Shown here: piece by piece, positions 1 through 12,629 of the stretch
How the letters are laid out: every line of letters starts with the position of its first letter
How positions within the stretch are numbered: the stretch's first letter is position 1
Assembly: GCF_001194135.2 (NCBI RefSeq)
Contig: NC_068992.1
Span: 64,149,033-64,213,032 of the forward strand
Length of the DNA: 64,000 nt
Direction of reading: 5' to 3'
Origin: Octopus bimaculoides
Lineage: Eukaryota
The notes under the pieces: model-generated
Told to the model about the DNA's origin: nothing
The model's database searches: none
What the model saw: only the letters and a program-made list of their open reading frames with translations
Translations under genes and position numbers: made by a program

Positions 1-36
1 ATTTTAATGTATCTTGTGAAGAAGAAATGCTTTATG

Positions 37-83
<47 letters not shown>

Positions 84-1623
84 TACATATGTCTGCATAC
101 ATACATACACTCATAGATAGATAATTTGTATGAATGTCTATACACACATATACTTACAGATGCACACACACATATAAAAATGCATATAGAATGCAAAAAG
201 TTCCTGCTATTTGAAAACAGCTTTTTAAATTAGAGATATTTTTTTAAAAATTATTAAAATAGATTGCCACAGGCTGAATATGATAAAACCTGTTAGCACT
301 TTCATCTGCCATACTGGCTCTTTAAACAGCACAACTGCATTTTGGCAATTAGCAGTATTTATTGCTGGATTAGTTTTAGCTTGAACTAAAATGTTCCATT
401 TTGAGTAACTGTTCAACATTTTCCTTTATTTTGAATACTTGAAATTTCCCATTTGTATAAATGTCAAAATATTCATTACTATGGAGTATTCCTAATAGAT
501 AGATCTCTGATTTGTTGTTTGTGTACCCTGGCTCTATCAATTAATTTTGTTTCTCTTAACCTGTAATCCAATTCTGTGAATTACCAAAAATTCATATTTC
601 TAAAGAAATTCATAGCAGTTTAAATGACCTTCTAACATCACATCTCAAGATTATGAAATTGTCAGAATTATAATTAGGCTCAATTGTTATATGTCTCACA
701 TTAAGCAGTCAACAATTAAGTAACCTACTGGACATTATATTAAAACCATTATGCAAATTAGCTCTTATTTTCATCAGAGATTGTATGGACTCTTTAAATG
801 AAATTTCTAGAGAAAGCACACCTGGAAATAATTCTAGTTAGTTGTGATGTGACAGCACTCTATACAAATATACTGCACAAATTAGGATTGCAACTGAATT
901 ATGGACGAATAAGTGCCCTCAAATAAATGTGAGGTTTTTCTAAAGAATCTATCATAGAAGGAATATGACGGTACTAGAATACTAGAAGAGTAGTATGTCT
1001 ACTATGTCTTCCTTTTTTTGTTTTTGTTTTACTAATAAAGGTTACTATAAATAAAAGGGACAGCAATGGGTGCAAAAGTCACCTCCACTTTTAACAACAC
1101 TTGTGATGGAGTTTTAGAAGAAAAATCTCTGGTTTGATATTTCTGTTGGTAAGTTTTTTAAAACTTACAGGAAAAGATAACTCAATGACTTTTATATTTT
1201 GGGAATTAAAATAAGAATAGCATACAAGATTCCATGAACAAATCAATAACATTCATGAATTGATGAAATGATTAAACTCACATATGTGTGAGTGTACATG
1301 TGTGTGTGTATATGTGTGTGCACATGCATGCATGCCTGTTTATGTAGTAAATGTTTCTAATTTAGGCACAAATTCAGTAATTTTGAGGGAAAATTTTTTT
1401 AATCAATATCATTGATCTCAGCACTAGAATGGTGCTTAATTTTATCAGTCACAGTGGGATGAAAGGCAAAGTTGATCTTGCCAGGATTTGAGCTGAATAT
1501 AAAGAGCAAGAAAAAAAATGTTTTCTGGTCTTCCTTCTAACATTTTAATGTTTCTCTCAGCTGATCCCTTTGTATGTACTACTGTTAAACAAATTCTTTG
1601 ACTGTTTTTTTCTAGTTCTTCAG

Positions 1624-1766
1624 GTTACCAAGATGAACTAACATGGGCTGCCATTTGGCTGTATCGTGCCACAGGGATGAAAAAGTACTTACATTATGCT
1701 GAGAGAAACTATATAGGTGGCTGGGTTTGGTCGTTTTCTTGGGATGAAAAAGAAATTGGTTCCATG
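1624..1766 (+). CDS. GH9 exon ([18 protein letters not shown]...[11 protein letters not shown])
   Basis: Acceptor ttcttcag at 1623, donor gtgagt at 1767, open frame. Confidence 0.93.
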
Positions 1767-4124
1767 GTGAGTTGCTTTGTGGGTTTAAAAAAAAATTCTT
1801 TGGTTACTTAGAAATAGAAGCTGTTGATAATTTGAGTTGGTAGAATATACTGGATGATGAAATGATGAATCAAAGGTATATTGTTTCCATGGACAAGATA
1901 TTCAAATTTCAATAATCTATATATCTGGTTAGCTATAAATGGATATATTTTACCTTGTTGTATCCATAGCTGTGATACTTAACTATTTACATCGCAGTCC
2001 ATCTAACTGTAAATAGGAACTATAGATATAACAATGCTATATACTTCAGTAGCTGGTATCCATGGTGAAGACAATCGAGTACCAACAACTCACTCTAACT
2101 AAATATAAGCTGGTATCACAGGTTTATGTAGTTCAATGTATTGCATCTATGCCCAACACTCTTACTTCTCAATCCTTATAGCTGTAAGCTGTCAATGGCT
2201 CAGTTCACCTAACTGCAAGTAGGTACTGTAGGGTGATCTAATACACTTTACTGCATAAAAGACTAAAACCATATTGGCACTCTATTTAAATCAAACTTTG
2301 GAAAAATGAAAAGTAAAGACAGCCCCAGCAGGAGTTCAACTCAGAACATAAAATGATGTGCCTGAAGACCACAAGGCATTTTGTCAGCAGACTGCCCTCT
2401 CTACCACACACCACATTGAGGGAGCATCTGTGTGATCATTTGATTTGCTACAAATAATAGCTAAATTTCCCTCAACTCATACCTTACCTACTTAAAAAAT
2501 GAAAGGACAAATTAGATAATGTAGTTTATGATATACTGTGTGTGAAAGTAAAGCAGAATGGTCACAACCGTAACGTCTTTGATTATAGATCTGGTTGATC
2601 TGGGCTGACCTGGGGTTAAACAATAACAACCTAACAACAAGTAAATAACTTTGAAAAACTCTGAATTTGTTTCTTTGTAGGTTTTGCTCTACAATTTAAC
2701 CAGGAAGGCAAAATACAAACGGGATTTGACTCAGATTTTACAAGATTGGTTACCTGGTGGTACTTTGCCCTACACTCCGAAGGGTTTGGTGTATAGGTCA
2801 TCATGGGGAGTGCTCAGGTATGCAGGTAAGTCAGCAGAGGAAACAGTTCTGTTTGGTTTATTCAAGTAAATACTGACAGTGAATACCTGAACATGTTTTA
2901 GTTTCTGCATTTCAGATCTATTCAACATATGCAGATACATGTTTGTGCAGATGATTTAGGAAGTATTAAACATGTAGCTAATGTTCATGTGTAGGCACAG
3001 TATGACCAAATGATTAAGAAGCCCACTTTGCAAGCATGAGGTCCATGGCTACAGAAAATGGCATTTATGTGGCTCTTTGGACAAATGCCATTTTCTTTTA
3101 GCCTTAGGTTGACACATATGTAAGTGAAATTGGGTAGATGAAAACTTCATACTAGCTTGTTAGTCATTTCTAAAGACAATAGTTATTGTCACTGATACCT
3201 TAACTCTGTTTGCAGTTCAGTATAAATCCTAATAATAGCTAATGAGCATTATGCAATCTCTGAAGATTTGATAATGTAAACTGCTTTTAAAATTTTCCTT
3301 GTAAAACTTATATTTTATTGTTAATGAAATATACGTAAGATGACATAACTAAATAATTTGTGAACCAACTTTTGTTTTGTTTTGGTGCATGATGTGCACA
3401 CACACAATACATATATCATCATTATCATTGTTTAATGTCAGCTTTCCATGCTGGCATGGGTTGGATGGTTTGACTGAAAACTGGTAAGCCAGGGTGGGGT
3501 GGGGGCTGCATCAGGTTCCAATCTGATTTGACAAAGTTTCTATGGCTGGATGCCTTTCCTAACACCAACCACTCTGATAGTGTAGTGGGTGCTTTTTACG
3601 TGCCACATCACAGGTAAACTCACTCCCGTATGTATATGTATATATGTGTTACGTATTTAACACATATAATTACATATCTATCAATGAACATTGAAGTTAT
3701 TTGTTTTCTCTTTTGATTTTTTAAAAATATATCTTGAACATATTCTTTCAGGAAACATGGCATTTATTGCTCTTCTAGCTGCTGAATCTGGCTTAAATTC
3801 AACAGTCTATCGGTATTGGGCTCTTCAGCAAATCCACTACATTCTGGGAGATAGTGGAAGAAGTTATGTCGTAGGGGCTGGTCACAACCCACCAATGAGA
3901 CCACATCATGCTGGAAGGTAAAGAGCATTTTTTTTTTTTTACATTTAACAGTCCTAGGCGTAGGAGTAGCTGTGTGGTAAGTAGCTTGCTTACGAACCAC
4001 ATGGTTCCGGGTTCAGTCCAGCTGCGTGGCACTTTAGGTAAGTGTCTTCTACTATAGCCTCAGGCTGACCAAAGCCTTGTGAGTGAATTTGGTAGACGGA
4101 AACTGAAAGAAGCCNNNNNNNNNN

Positions 4125-4163
<39 letters not shown>

Positions 4164-4837
4164 GTGTGTGTATGTTTGTCTGTCGGTGTTTGTCCCCCCA
4201 ACATTGCTTGACAACCAATGCTGGTGTGTTTACGTTCCTGTAACTTAGCGGTTCAGCAAAAGAGACCGATAGAATAAGTACTAAGCTTACAAAGAATAAG
4301 TCCTGGGGTTGATTTGCTTGACTAAAAGGCAGTGCTCCAGCATGGCCACAGTCAAAATGACTGAAACAAGTAGAAGAGTCAAATCTATTACATACATACA
4401 TAAGAAGTTTGCTTCCCAACTACAAGGTTCTGGGTTCAGTCTCACTGCATGGCACCTTGGGTGTCTTCTGCTATAGCCTTGGGCCAACCAATGCCTTGTC
4501 AGTGAATTTGGTAGGCAGAAATTATATGGAAGTCCATTGTATGTATGTGTATAAGGGCATGTTTTTGTGTTTATCTCCACCCGCTACCACCTGACAACTG
4601 GTGTTGGTTTGTTTCTGTCTCCATAACAGAGGAGTTCAGCAAAAGAGACCAATAGAATAAGTACCATTTCTTCTGGTTTTATGTTCTGAGTTCAAATTCC
4701 ACCAAGGTCGACTTTGCCTTTCATCCTTTCGGGGTTGATAAATTAAGTATCAGTAATGCACTGGTGTCGATCTAATCGACTGGCCCCCTCCCCACAAATT
4801 TCAGACCTTGTGTCTCTGGTAAAAAAGAATTATTATT

Positions 4838-4881
<44 letters not shown>

Positions 4882-5099
4882 TATTAAGGTGGGAAGCTGG
4901 CAGAATCGTTAGCAGACCAGGCAGAATGCTTAGCAGCATTTTCTCCGTCTTGACATTCTGAGTTCAAATTCTGCCGAGGTTGACTTTGCCTTTCATCCTA
5001 CTGGGGCTGATAAATTAACTACTAGTTGCGTACTGGGGTTAATGTAATTGAATTAATCCCTCCCCCAAAATTTCAGGCCTTGTGCCTACAGTAGAAAGG

Positions 5100-5144
<45 letters not shown>

Positions 5145-5392
5145 AAGACTAAATGAATTTCTTTTGTATTTCTTTAAGCAAACCCATTTCTATTTTATTT
5201 AAAGTTCATGTAAGGTCTCTGGCCCTTGCTCATGGGATGATTTTGAGAGTAAGGGCACCAACCCCATCATACTGTATGGTGCTGTGGTTGGAGGTCCTGA
5301 TATAAATGACAGTTACATTGATGACCGTTCAGATTTCATCCATAACGAAGTGACATGTGATTATAATGCTGGTTTCCATTCTGCAGTATCAG
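1624..5392 (+). CDS. Glycoside hydrolase family 9 (endo-beta-1,4-glucanase/cellulase), 3' part; exons 1624-1766, 2681-2825, 3752-3917, 5205-5392; 5' exons not found in window, terminal exon not located
   Basis: The exons join in frame (intron phases 1/0/1/2/1) with AG/GT ends. The peptide has GH9 hallmarks: [60 protein letters not shown] and [21 protein letters not shown]. The last matches the GH9 active-site signature, with the catalytic Glu at 5347-5349. Confidence 0.95.
2681..2825 (+). CDS. GH9 exon (VLLYNLTRK...[18 protein letters not shown])
   Basis: Acceptor ttctttgtag, donor gtaagt at 2826. Confidence 0.93.
3752..3917 (+). CDS. GH9 exon ([10 protein letters not shown]...[18 protein letters not shown])
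   Basis: Acceptor ttctttcag, donor gtaaag at 3918. Confidence 0.93.
3955..4670 (+). mobile_element. Two tandem copies of tRNA-derived SINE family B (head gctgtgtggtaagtagcttgc...gtgtcttctactatagcc; internal microsatellite)
   Basis: Pol III A/B-box-like head (tggtaag; ggttcagtcc). Related copies recur at ~12630-12990(-), 29200-29497(-), 34465-34800(+), 43745-43930(-), 49760-50075(-), 51050-51190(-), 55165-55300(-), 59970-60075(+), 63600-63740(+). Confidence 0.85.
4675..5100 (+). mobile_element. Two copies of SINE family A (tRNA-like head plus Meta-domain-like core ttgcctttcatcctttcggggtcgataaa)
   Basis: The core recurs more than 12 times, e.g. 7515-7850, 8120-8400, 9650-9845(-), 14040-14450, 16845-17040, 17575-17770(-), 20065-20290, 31820-32040, 48820-49230(-). 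Confidence 0.85.
5205..5392 (+). CDS. GH9 exon with catalytic acid ([10 protein letters not shown]...[16 protein letters not shown])
   Basis: Acceptor ttttatttaaag, donor gtaagg at 5393; GH9 active-site motif. Confidence 0.93.
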
Positions 5393-5427
5393 GTAAGGGA
5401 TGCTATTTCATACGTCTCTCTGTCTGT

Positions 5428-5486
<59 letters not shown>

Positions 5487-6626
5487 CATCATCATCATTT
5501 ACTGTCAACCTTCCATGCTAGCATGAATTGGACAGTTTGATAGCTGGTTTTCATTGTGTTGTTCATGTCCATGTTGGACACAAACATGTATATAATTGTA
5601 TATGACATGTATAGAATTGGGCATACATACAAAAGTGTGCCCCACTGTCTTAAAAAAAATATGAAAAGTAAATTGTCCAAAAAAGTGAAAGTAAATTGTG
5701 ATAGAAGCTGAAAGTAATGGACAATTGGTATACTAAAATTTCATACTACACATTTGATATCTGATGGGTGGGCTTCCTATATGGGTCTTGACAACTTCTA
5801 TGCTCATCAAATTGCCAACCATTCACTCAATTTTGTTGATCCAAATGATGATGGTATTCATACACAGACAATAGAAGGGTGATGGATGCTCCCCGAGAAG
5901 AAACTCAGGTGTTAATGTGGTGTAGTGTGGTCATGAAGAAGGACTTGTTGTCAGAATATATACATCATTTATTGCTACATTAATACAGATGTAAATTTTG
6001 TATGAAACGATGTATATTACAGATGCAGGAGATCTTCATCAGAAATTCCCATTTAGGCTGAGTTTTTCACGTCTATGCATTATTCTACGTTTCTTCAGCT
6101 ATTGCACCAAGTTGAGTATCTAGCTGTGAGAACATATATTAGAGTTACACTGGGTTAAGTAATGTAGCTGTAAGCACAGCTATTACTGAGAATGGAATCC
6201 ATCAAGGACTAAATTTACTCATGGTCCGAATTCACTGATTTACATGTGGCGAAATGCATGGTCGAACTCAACTGTTATAGAGGGACTAGTGAAGATTTAT
6301 TTACGTCATGAATCTCATTTTGTGCATCGATGACTGTCATGTTTTCCTGTAAATGTGATTGTTTTAATCTTAAATAGGATCTTTTCAATTGAAAAGATGC
6401 CTTAAGGATATGTACGGATTTCGTGTTATATTAAATGTATTTCACATACATTGTTTACGTGGAATCGTGGTATATTACTATCATCACTTTCGGTTTCTAT
6501 CACAATTTCTATCTTTTTCGGACAATTTACTTTCAGTTTCTTTTTACAACTGTAAACTACAAACCTGACGACTTGGGTACTTTTAGCAGAGTCCACTCCG
6601 TTACAAGTATTTCTGGTTGGAAGAGT

Positions 6627-6706
<80 letters not shown>

Positions 6707-6818
6707 TTAGACTCGGAGGTCCAGCAAAGTGTTAAAAGATGACCCTTATTTCCCGATTAAAAATAAATTAAACGATGTCAAACCATTTGGATTTTAGNNN
6801 NNNNNNNNNNNNNNNNNN

Positions 6819-6874
<56 letters not shown>

Positions 6875-8989
6875 GTGGTATAATGGGGTTGCTGTCAGAT
6901 TGCTAAAACATCTCGATATTATATCGATCAATCGGTACATCTTGTTTCAAGATTGTACCACCTACCCTTTTCCTTTTATACTTGCATTTATTATCTTTGT
7001 TATTGTTGTTGTTGTTGTTGTTATGCAGGAGTGTTCTATTTAGCTAGTCTATGAAGGAATGGTCACTTATCTTTTAAATAAATAACCAGCAACACTTAAT
7101 ACCGCATTTATATTTACGTTCTGTCTTTTGTGTTTAATCGTGTCTATCTCTAGTTTCTAACTCGACGATGTATTGTAGAATACATTTTTTCTTATGTTTT
7201 TGTATTTCCTCTTTTTCTTCTTTTAATGGTAGATGAAACCGCTTATTTCCTTTATTCATTTGTTTTTCCTATAGACACTTAAAGCGATATAGCGATTTCT
7301 GGCCTCAAATATCTAATATATACGTTGGTAAAAACTTGCTATAAATCAGTAGACATCTTCGATTTGATTGTTCGATACGTATTATTAAAATATTTACTAA
7401 AAAGTACAAAGAAAAAAAAGAAAGAAAATATAAAAGAAAAGATAATTATCATTATATTGGTTGAATTGTTAAAGCGTCGGATGAAATAACTTGTGGGATT
7501 TAGTTACGGTTTCCTCCTTTCTGAGTTCAAGTCCAGCCGAGGTCAACTTTGCCCTTTGTTGCTCCGGGGTCGAAAGTACCAGTCAAGTACTGGGCTTGAT
7601 TTAATCGACTAACCTCTTCCAACTAAAATTTCAAGCCCTATGCCTCTGCGAGAAACATCACCATCATTAGCACCACGGAAGGCGGCGAGCTGGTAGAACC
7701 GTTAACATGTCGGATAAAATGTATTGTGGCATTTCTCCTGACTCTTTACGTTCTGAGTTCCAATGCCATCGAGGTCGTCTTGGCTTTTCTTCTTTTCGGT
7801 GTCGATAAAATAAAGTACCAGTCAAGTACTCCTTCCCTGCCAACATTTGAAACCATTATGATCATCGTTGTTGTAAGAGAACACAAGCTGTCAGTTATCC
7901 CGTTTAACCCTTGGTCATTCCCTATGAGAGTCATCATACGACTGGAGTTTCGAAATAGATATCACACTTCATGGGATAAACAGAGGGCAAAGAATTAAGT
8001 GGGATGCGCTTTTCCTTTCCCACGAAGAAGTGATAACCATTCACAAACTCCTCCCAAATATAACAAGCATTGTAGCTATGAACCAACTCGTCTCTTTTTT
8101 TCTCTCCAGAAACCTATGGTAGGTCAACTTTGCCTTTCATCCTTTCAGGGTTGATGAAATAAAGTACCAATGAATCACTGCGGTCGATCTAATCGACCCC
8201 CACTCACTGAAAGTTGCTGGCCATGTGCTAAAATTTGCAGCAATTATTTAATGTGCTCTTAATTCTGCTGAGGTCGGCTTTGATTTTCATCCCAACGAGG
8301 TCAATAAGATAAACACCAGTTAAGCATTGAAGTTGATGCAATCAATTTACCCACTTTCTCCTAAAATTGCCAGCTCTGTGCCAGAATTTGAAACTTTTAT
8401 TTAATGTGCTGTCATCTGATTATGGAATATAATTTGAGGGAGATTTGGTTGCCATTTCTGACAGGTCGAACGACTGTGTAGAACAGGCTCGGGCAACTCC
8501 GTTCGAGAAGCGGACCATATGAGACATGATTCAGCATAGGGCAGGCCACACTACTAAAACAATTCAACATAATTTTTCGTTGAGCGTGCCATTCGGAAAG
8601 TCCCGCGGACCGCAGTTTGCCCACGGCTTTCATATTGGCTCGTTTTGTAGATGTTATTTTAGATATCGGTGTTCTTGTTGTCTTTATCGATTACATGTTA
8701 TCGGTTATTATAATCATATACATACACATATTCACACCGAAAGGCTTCAGGTTTATTTTTGAGCGTCAGATAATCAATAACCCTTTGATATAAACTTTTC
8801 TCCACTTTTGTCGTTGATAGCCCGGCATTTTCAGGCAGAGTGGATCAACGAACGAACTCTTTCAATTCACACATATATCAATTAAGACTCTTGACTACGT
8901 CTTTGTTTCCTGGCTTTTTGTTGTACTTTATTTTTTGTTACCTTCTTCTCACACATCACTTTCCATTTACTAGCTGCTCCCCGCCGCAC

Positions 8990-9039
8990 ATACATACACA
9001 TACGCACGCACGCATATGCACAGACACACGTAAGTACGA

Positions 9040-9078
<39 letters not shown>

Positions 9079-9330
9079 AACATACACGCATACACATGCA
9101 CATACAAGCACGGACACATACATACATAAACTCAGGTATACATACACACAGACATGCACAAGTACGAACACGCACACACATACCCAAACATGCAACCACA
9201 CATACGCACATACACATACAAACACACACACTGGCACGTAAGCACTCACACATACACACGCGCGCGCGCGCGCACAAATGCACCCACCTACACACGCACA
9301 TACACACACATGTACACACTCATACACTGA
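8990..9330. repeat. Compound (AC)n microsatellite
   Basis: Direct inspection. Confidence 0.9.
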
Positions 9331-10229
9331 TCCATTAAAGATCAACTTGAATAAACAAACAAGAATGGGTTTTCGTTTGCCTTTTAGTGAGCAAAAATTT
9401 GTCGACATTTTTGTAAAGTAAAAGCTTTTTAATCAGATACAGTTTACAAAATAAAGATTTTCCTACAAAAAAGGAGTCATTTGTGTCAACATCTTTCTGA
9501 AACATCAACCAGTTTAGTAGTTTTTCATTATTAGTTTTTAAAACGTTTACACACATTACGGCTCTAACCACCAATTGTTTTTGTTGCTTTGGGCATACGT
9601 CATTTAAGTTGGAGAAATGAATATAGAAAATTTCATATTTTTGGCACAAGACCAGCAATTTCGGGGGCGGAGGAAAGTCGATTATATTGACCTCAGTGCT
9701 CAACTGGCACTTATTTTATCGACTTCAAAAGGATGAAAGGCAAATTGACGTCGGCGGTATTTGAACTCAGAACGTCAAGATGAACGAAGTGCCGCTAAGC
9801 ATCTTGCCTGGCGTACTAACGACTCTACCGGCTCACCGCCTTAAAGGCATTAATAAGTATTTGTAATAGTTTTTTTCCTTCTATAATTTGTATTATTTGC
9901 TCGTGATCGGCTTTAATCTTTCTGGGGGACAATTTAGATTTCCACCAGGGTTTAAAGAGGAAAAGCAAGCCAGTGGCTGACGCGACTCTCAAGAGCCAAA
10001 GGCGAGTATTTCATGAGGCGGGAGTCTTTTTTTTGTTTTTTTGTTTTCATGTATACCTCAACAGAACCACCATAAGCTACAAACTTACCAGAATTTGAAT
10101 GTCAAAAAGGACAATCATGTAAGATAAATATATAGAATAATGTATGCAACAAAAACGCCATAAACTGAGAAACAAAGAACTCCAGAAACAGTACATGAAC
10201 TACGAGGGTCGGTGTGACCAAATGAGATT

Positions 10230-10620
10230 TATTGTTCTGTAATCTATATAGTCCCCCTTGCAGTCCACACACACTTCTTCCATCGGTGTTATAGTGCTTG
10301 GATCCCATTGGTGAAGAAGCTTTCAACCTGTTGCTCAAAAAAGTCATTAATAACGGACATGGCATCGTCATCATTGCGATACTACTTCCCGGCCTGTTTT
10401 TTGGGGGGTTTTTTTCATGTTGGGGAACAGTTGGTAGTCAGATGGAACCAAATCAGGAAATAAGGTGAGTGATCAACCAGTTGACAGCCACAGTTACGCA
10501 CAGCAGCCATTGAAATGTAGGACTTATGTGCTGGAACATTGTTCTGATGAAACAAGACCCTTTCGTCTGTTTTCCTGAACATTTTGTCTTGTTAGCCTTT
10601 CATAACTGCCTCAGCATGTA
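10230..10620 (-). mobile_element. Mariner transposase relic (C-terminal fragments)
   Basis: Minus-strand translation gives FHQNNVPAHKS (cf. LHDNARPH) and NDDDAMSVINDFFEQQVESFFTNGIQAL*HRWKKCV..KGDY, disrupted by stops and frameshifts. Confidence 0.8.
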
Positions 10621-12133
10621 TAATTTCAATGAAAGACAATTTAAAACCACGGAAACATAAAATATAGAATGTTCACAATCAACAACAGCAGAACGCGCAC
10701 ACACACTCACACAAACAAGCATATCGAGCGCATACGTCTATATGTCTCATCTTCAGCTGCCAAATGGATATCCTTATGGTTTCGACACCTGAGCAGTACC
10801 ATTCAATCCGACAGTGATATTTGCGGTGTATTTCTTGGAGATAGAGTCGGGCATACTCTGGTGAGGAGATGAGGTCTCTATGTATATTCATAAATGAAAT
10901 ATTCTTGATATCACTATATATATATATATATNNNNNNNNNNNNNNNNNNNNNNNNNNNNNNNNNNNNNNNNNNNNNNNNNNNNNNNNNNNNNNNNNNNNN
11001 NNNNNNNNNNNNNNNNNNNNNNNNNNNNNNNNNNNNNNNNNNNNNNNNNNNNNNNNNNNNNNNNNNNNNNNNNNNNNNNNNNNNNNNNNNNNNNNNNNNN
11101 NNNNNNNNNNNNNNNNNNNNNNNNNNNNNNNNNNNNNNNNNNNNNNNNNNNNNNNNNNNNNNNNNNNNNNNNNNNNNNNNNNNNNNNNNNNNNNNNNNNN
11201 NNNNNNNNNNNNNNNNNNNNNNNNNNNNNNNNNNNNNNNNNNNNNNNNNNNNNNNNNNNNNNNNNNNNNNNNNNNNNNNNNNNNNNNNNNNNNNNNNNNN
11301 NNNNNNNNNNNNNNNNNNNNNNNNNNNNNNNNNNNNNNNNNNNNNNNNNNNNNNNNNNNNNNNNNNNNNNNNNNNNNNNNNNNNNNNNNNGAAGTAAAAA
11401 GGTTAATTTTGGCCTGTGTGTTCGTATTGTAGTAGTAAACCATAGAGAGAGATATGGTAATGTGCAGAGAAGACAAAGTGAGTTAGTGAAAGTGAGAAAG
11501 TGTGGGAAGTCTCATAGCTGCCGACAGTAGATTTCATTTCTCCATTTGACCATTGTCTTTAGTAGCTACTACCTAACTGATGGTAGCTGTCTCTGACTCG
11601 AGTTTGTCATTCATTAACTAACTGATTGAGTTGTCACGAGCCGACTAACTCAGTTGTCACCAAGTCACTAACTGATTTTTGCTTGGGGGTTCTTGCTTTT
11701 ATAACTATCCAGAAGGATAGATATATCGTTGAGAACAATAGATTTAGTTGGTGGTCTTGTTATCTCTATCTTAGCTTTTGGTGGAGTAGAAGAGGTTAGA
11801 AAGGGTCAAGTGGTGAAGGCATTATTTCAGCCTAGCTAAAGGCATCTGGAAAATGTAAAACTGCTGTAACAGAAAAACCATTGTTTCACCGTGGGAAAAG
11901 TTCTGTTCAACTGTTTACTTGAAATTTGGCTATGGTAGATCGAATCCACTTCATGCCTGCAATTTGCACTACGTATACACGCACACACACACACGCACAC
12001 ACATTTCTGTGATATATTCGTGTCATAAATTCACGATCATTTATATGGTCTGTTATAATATTTGTGTATGTATATACGTGTGTATGTATGTGTGTGCATG
12101 CATGCATGTAGTATGTATGTACGTGTGTATATT

Positions 12134-12170
<37 letters not shown>

Positions 12171-12288
12171 TACAGATAAGAAAGTAAATTTCGAATGCAG
12201 TATAGCTGTGAAAACAAGGGGTAAAATACCCAATCATTTTGCTGTTTTCACAGCTATACTGCATTCGAAATTTGCTTCCATATCTGTA
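12171..12288. mobile_element. Short foldback MITE (TA-cagata...tatctg-TA)
   Basis: ~46-bp near-perfect inverted arms with TA ends. Confidence 0.7.
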
Positions 12289-12568
12289 AAATACCAGACA
12301 CAAAGTTTGTTCATAAAACGTCATATATATACATACATACATACATACATACATANNNNNNNNNNNNNNNNNNNNNNNNNNNNNNNNNNNNNNNNNNNNN
12401 NNNNNNNNNNNNNNNNNNNNNNNNNNNNNNNNNNNNNNNNNNNNNNNNNNNNNNNNNNNNNNNNNNNNNNNNNNNNNNNNNNNNNNNNNNNNNNNNNNNN
12501 NNNNNNNNNNNNNNNNNNNNNNNNNNNNNNNNNNNNNNNNNNNNNNNNNNNNNNNNNNNNNNNNNNNN

Positions 12569-12629
<61 letters not shown>

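Noticed and set aside
10775-10815. Possible reverse-strand hammerhead (…ggtactgctcaggtgtcgaaac)
   Set aside because: The CTGANGA core is not intact.
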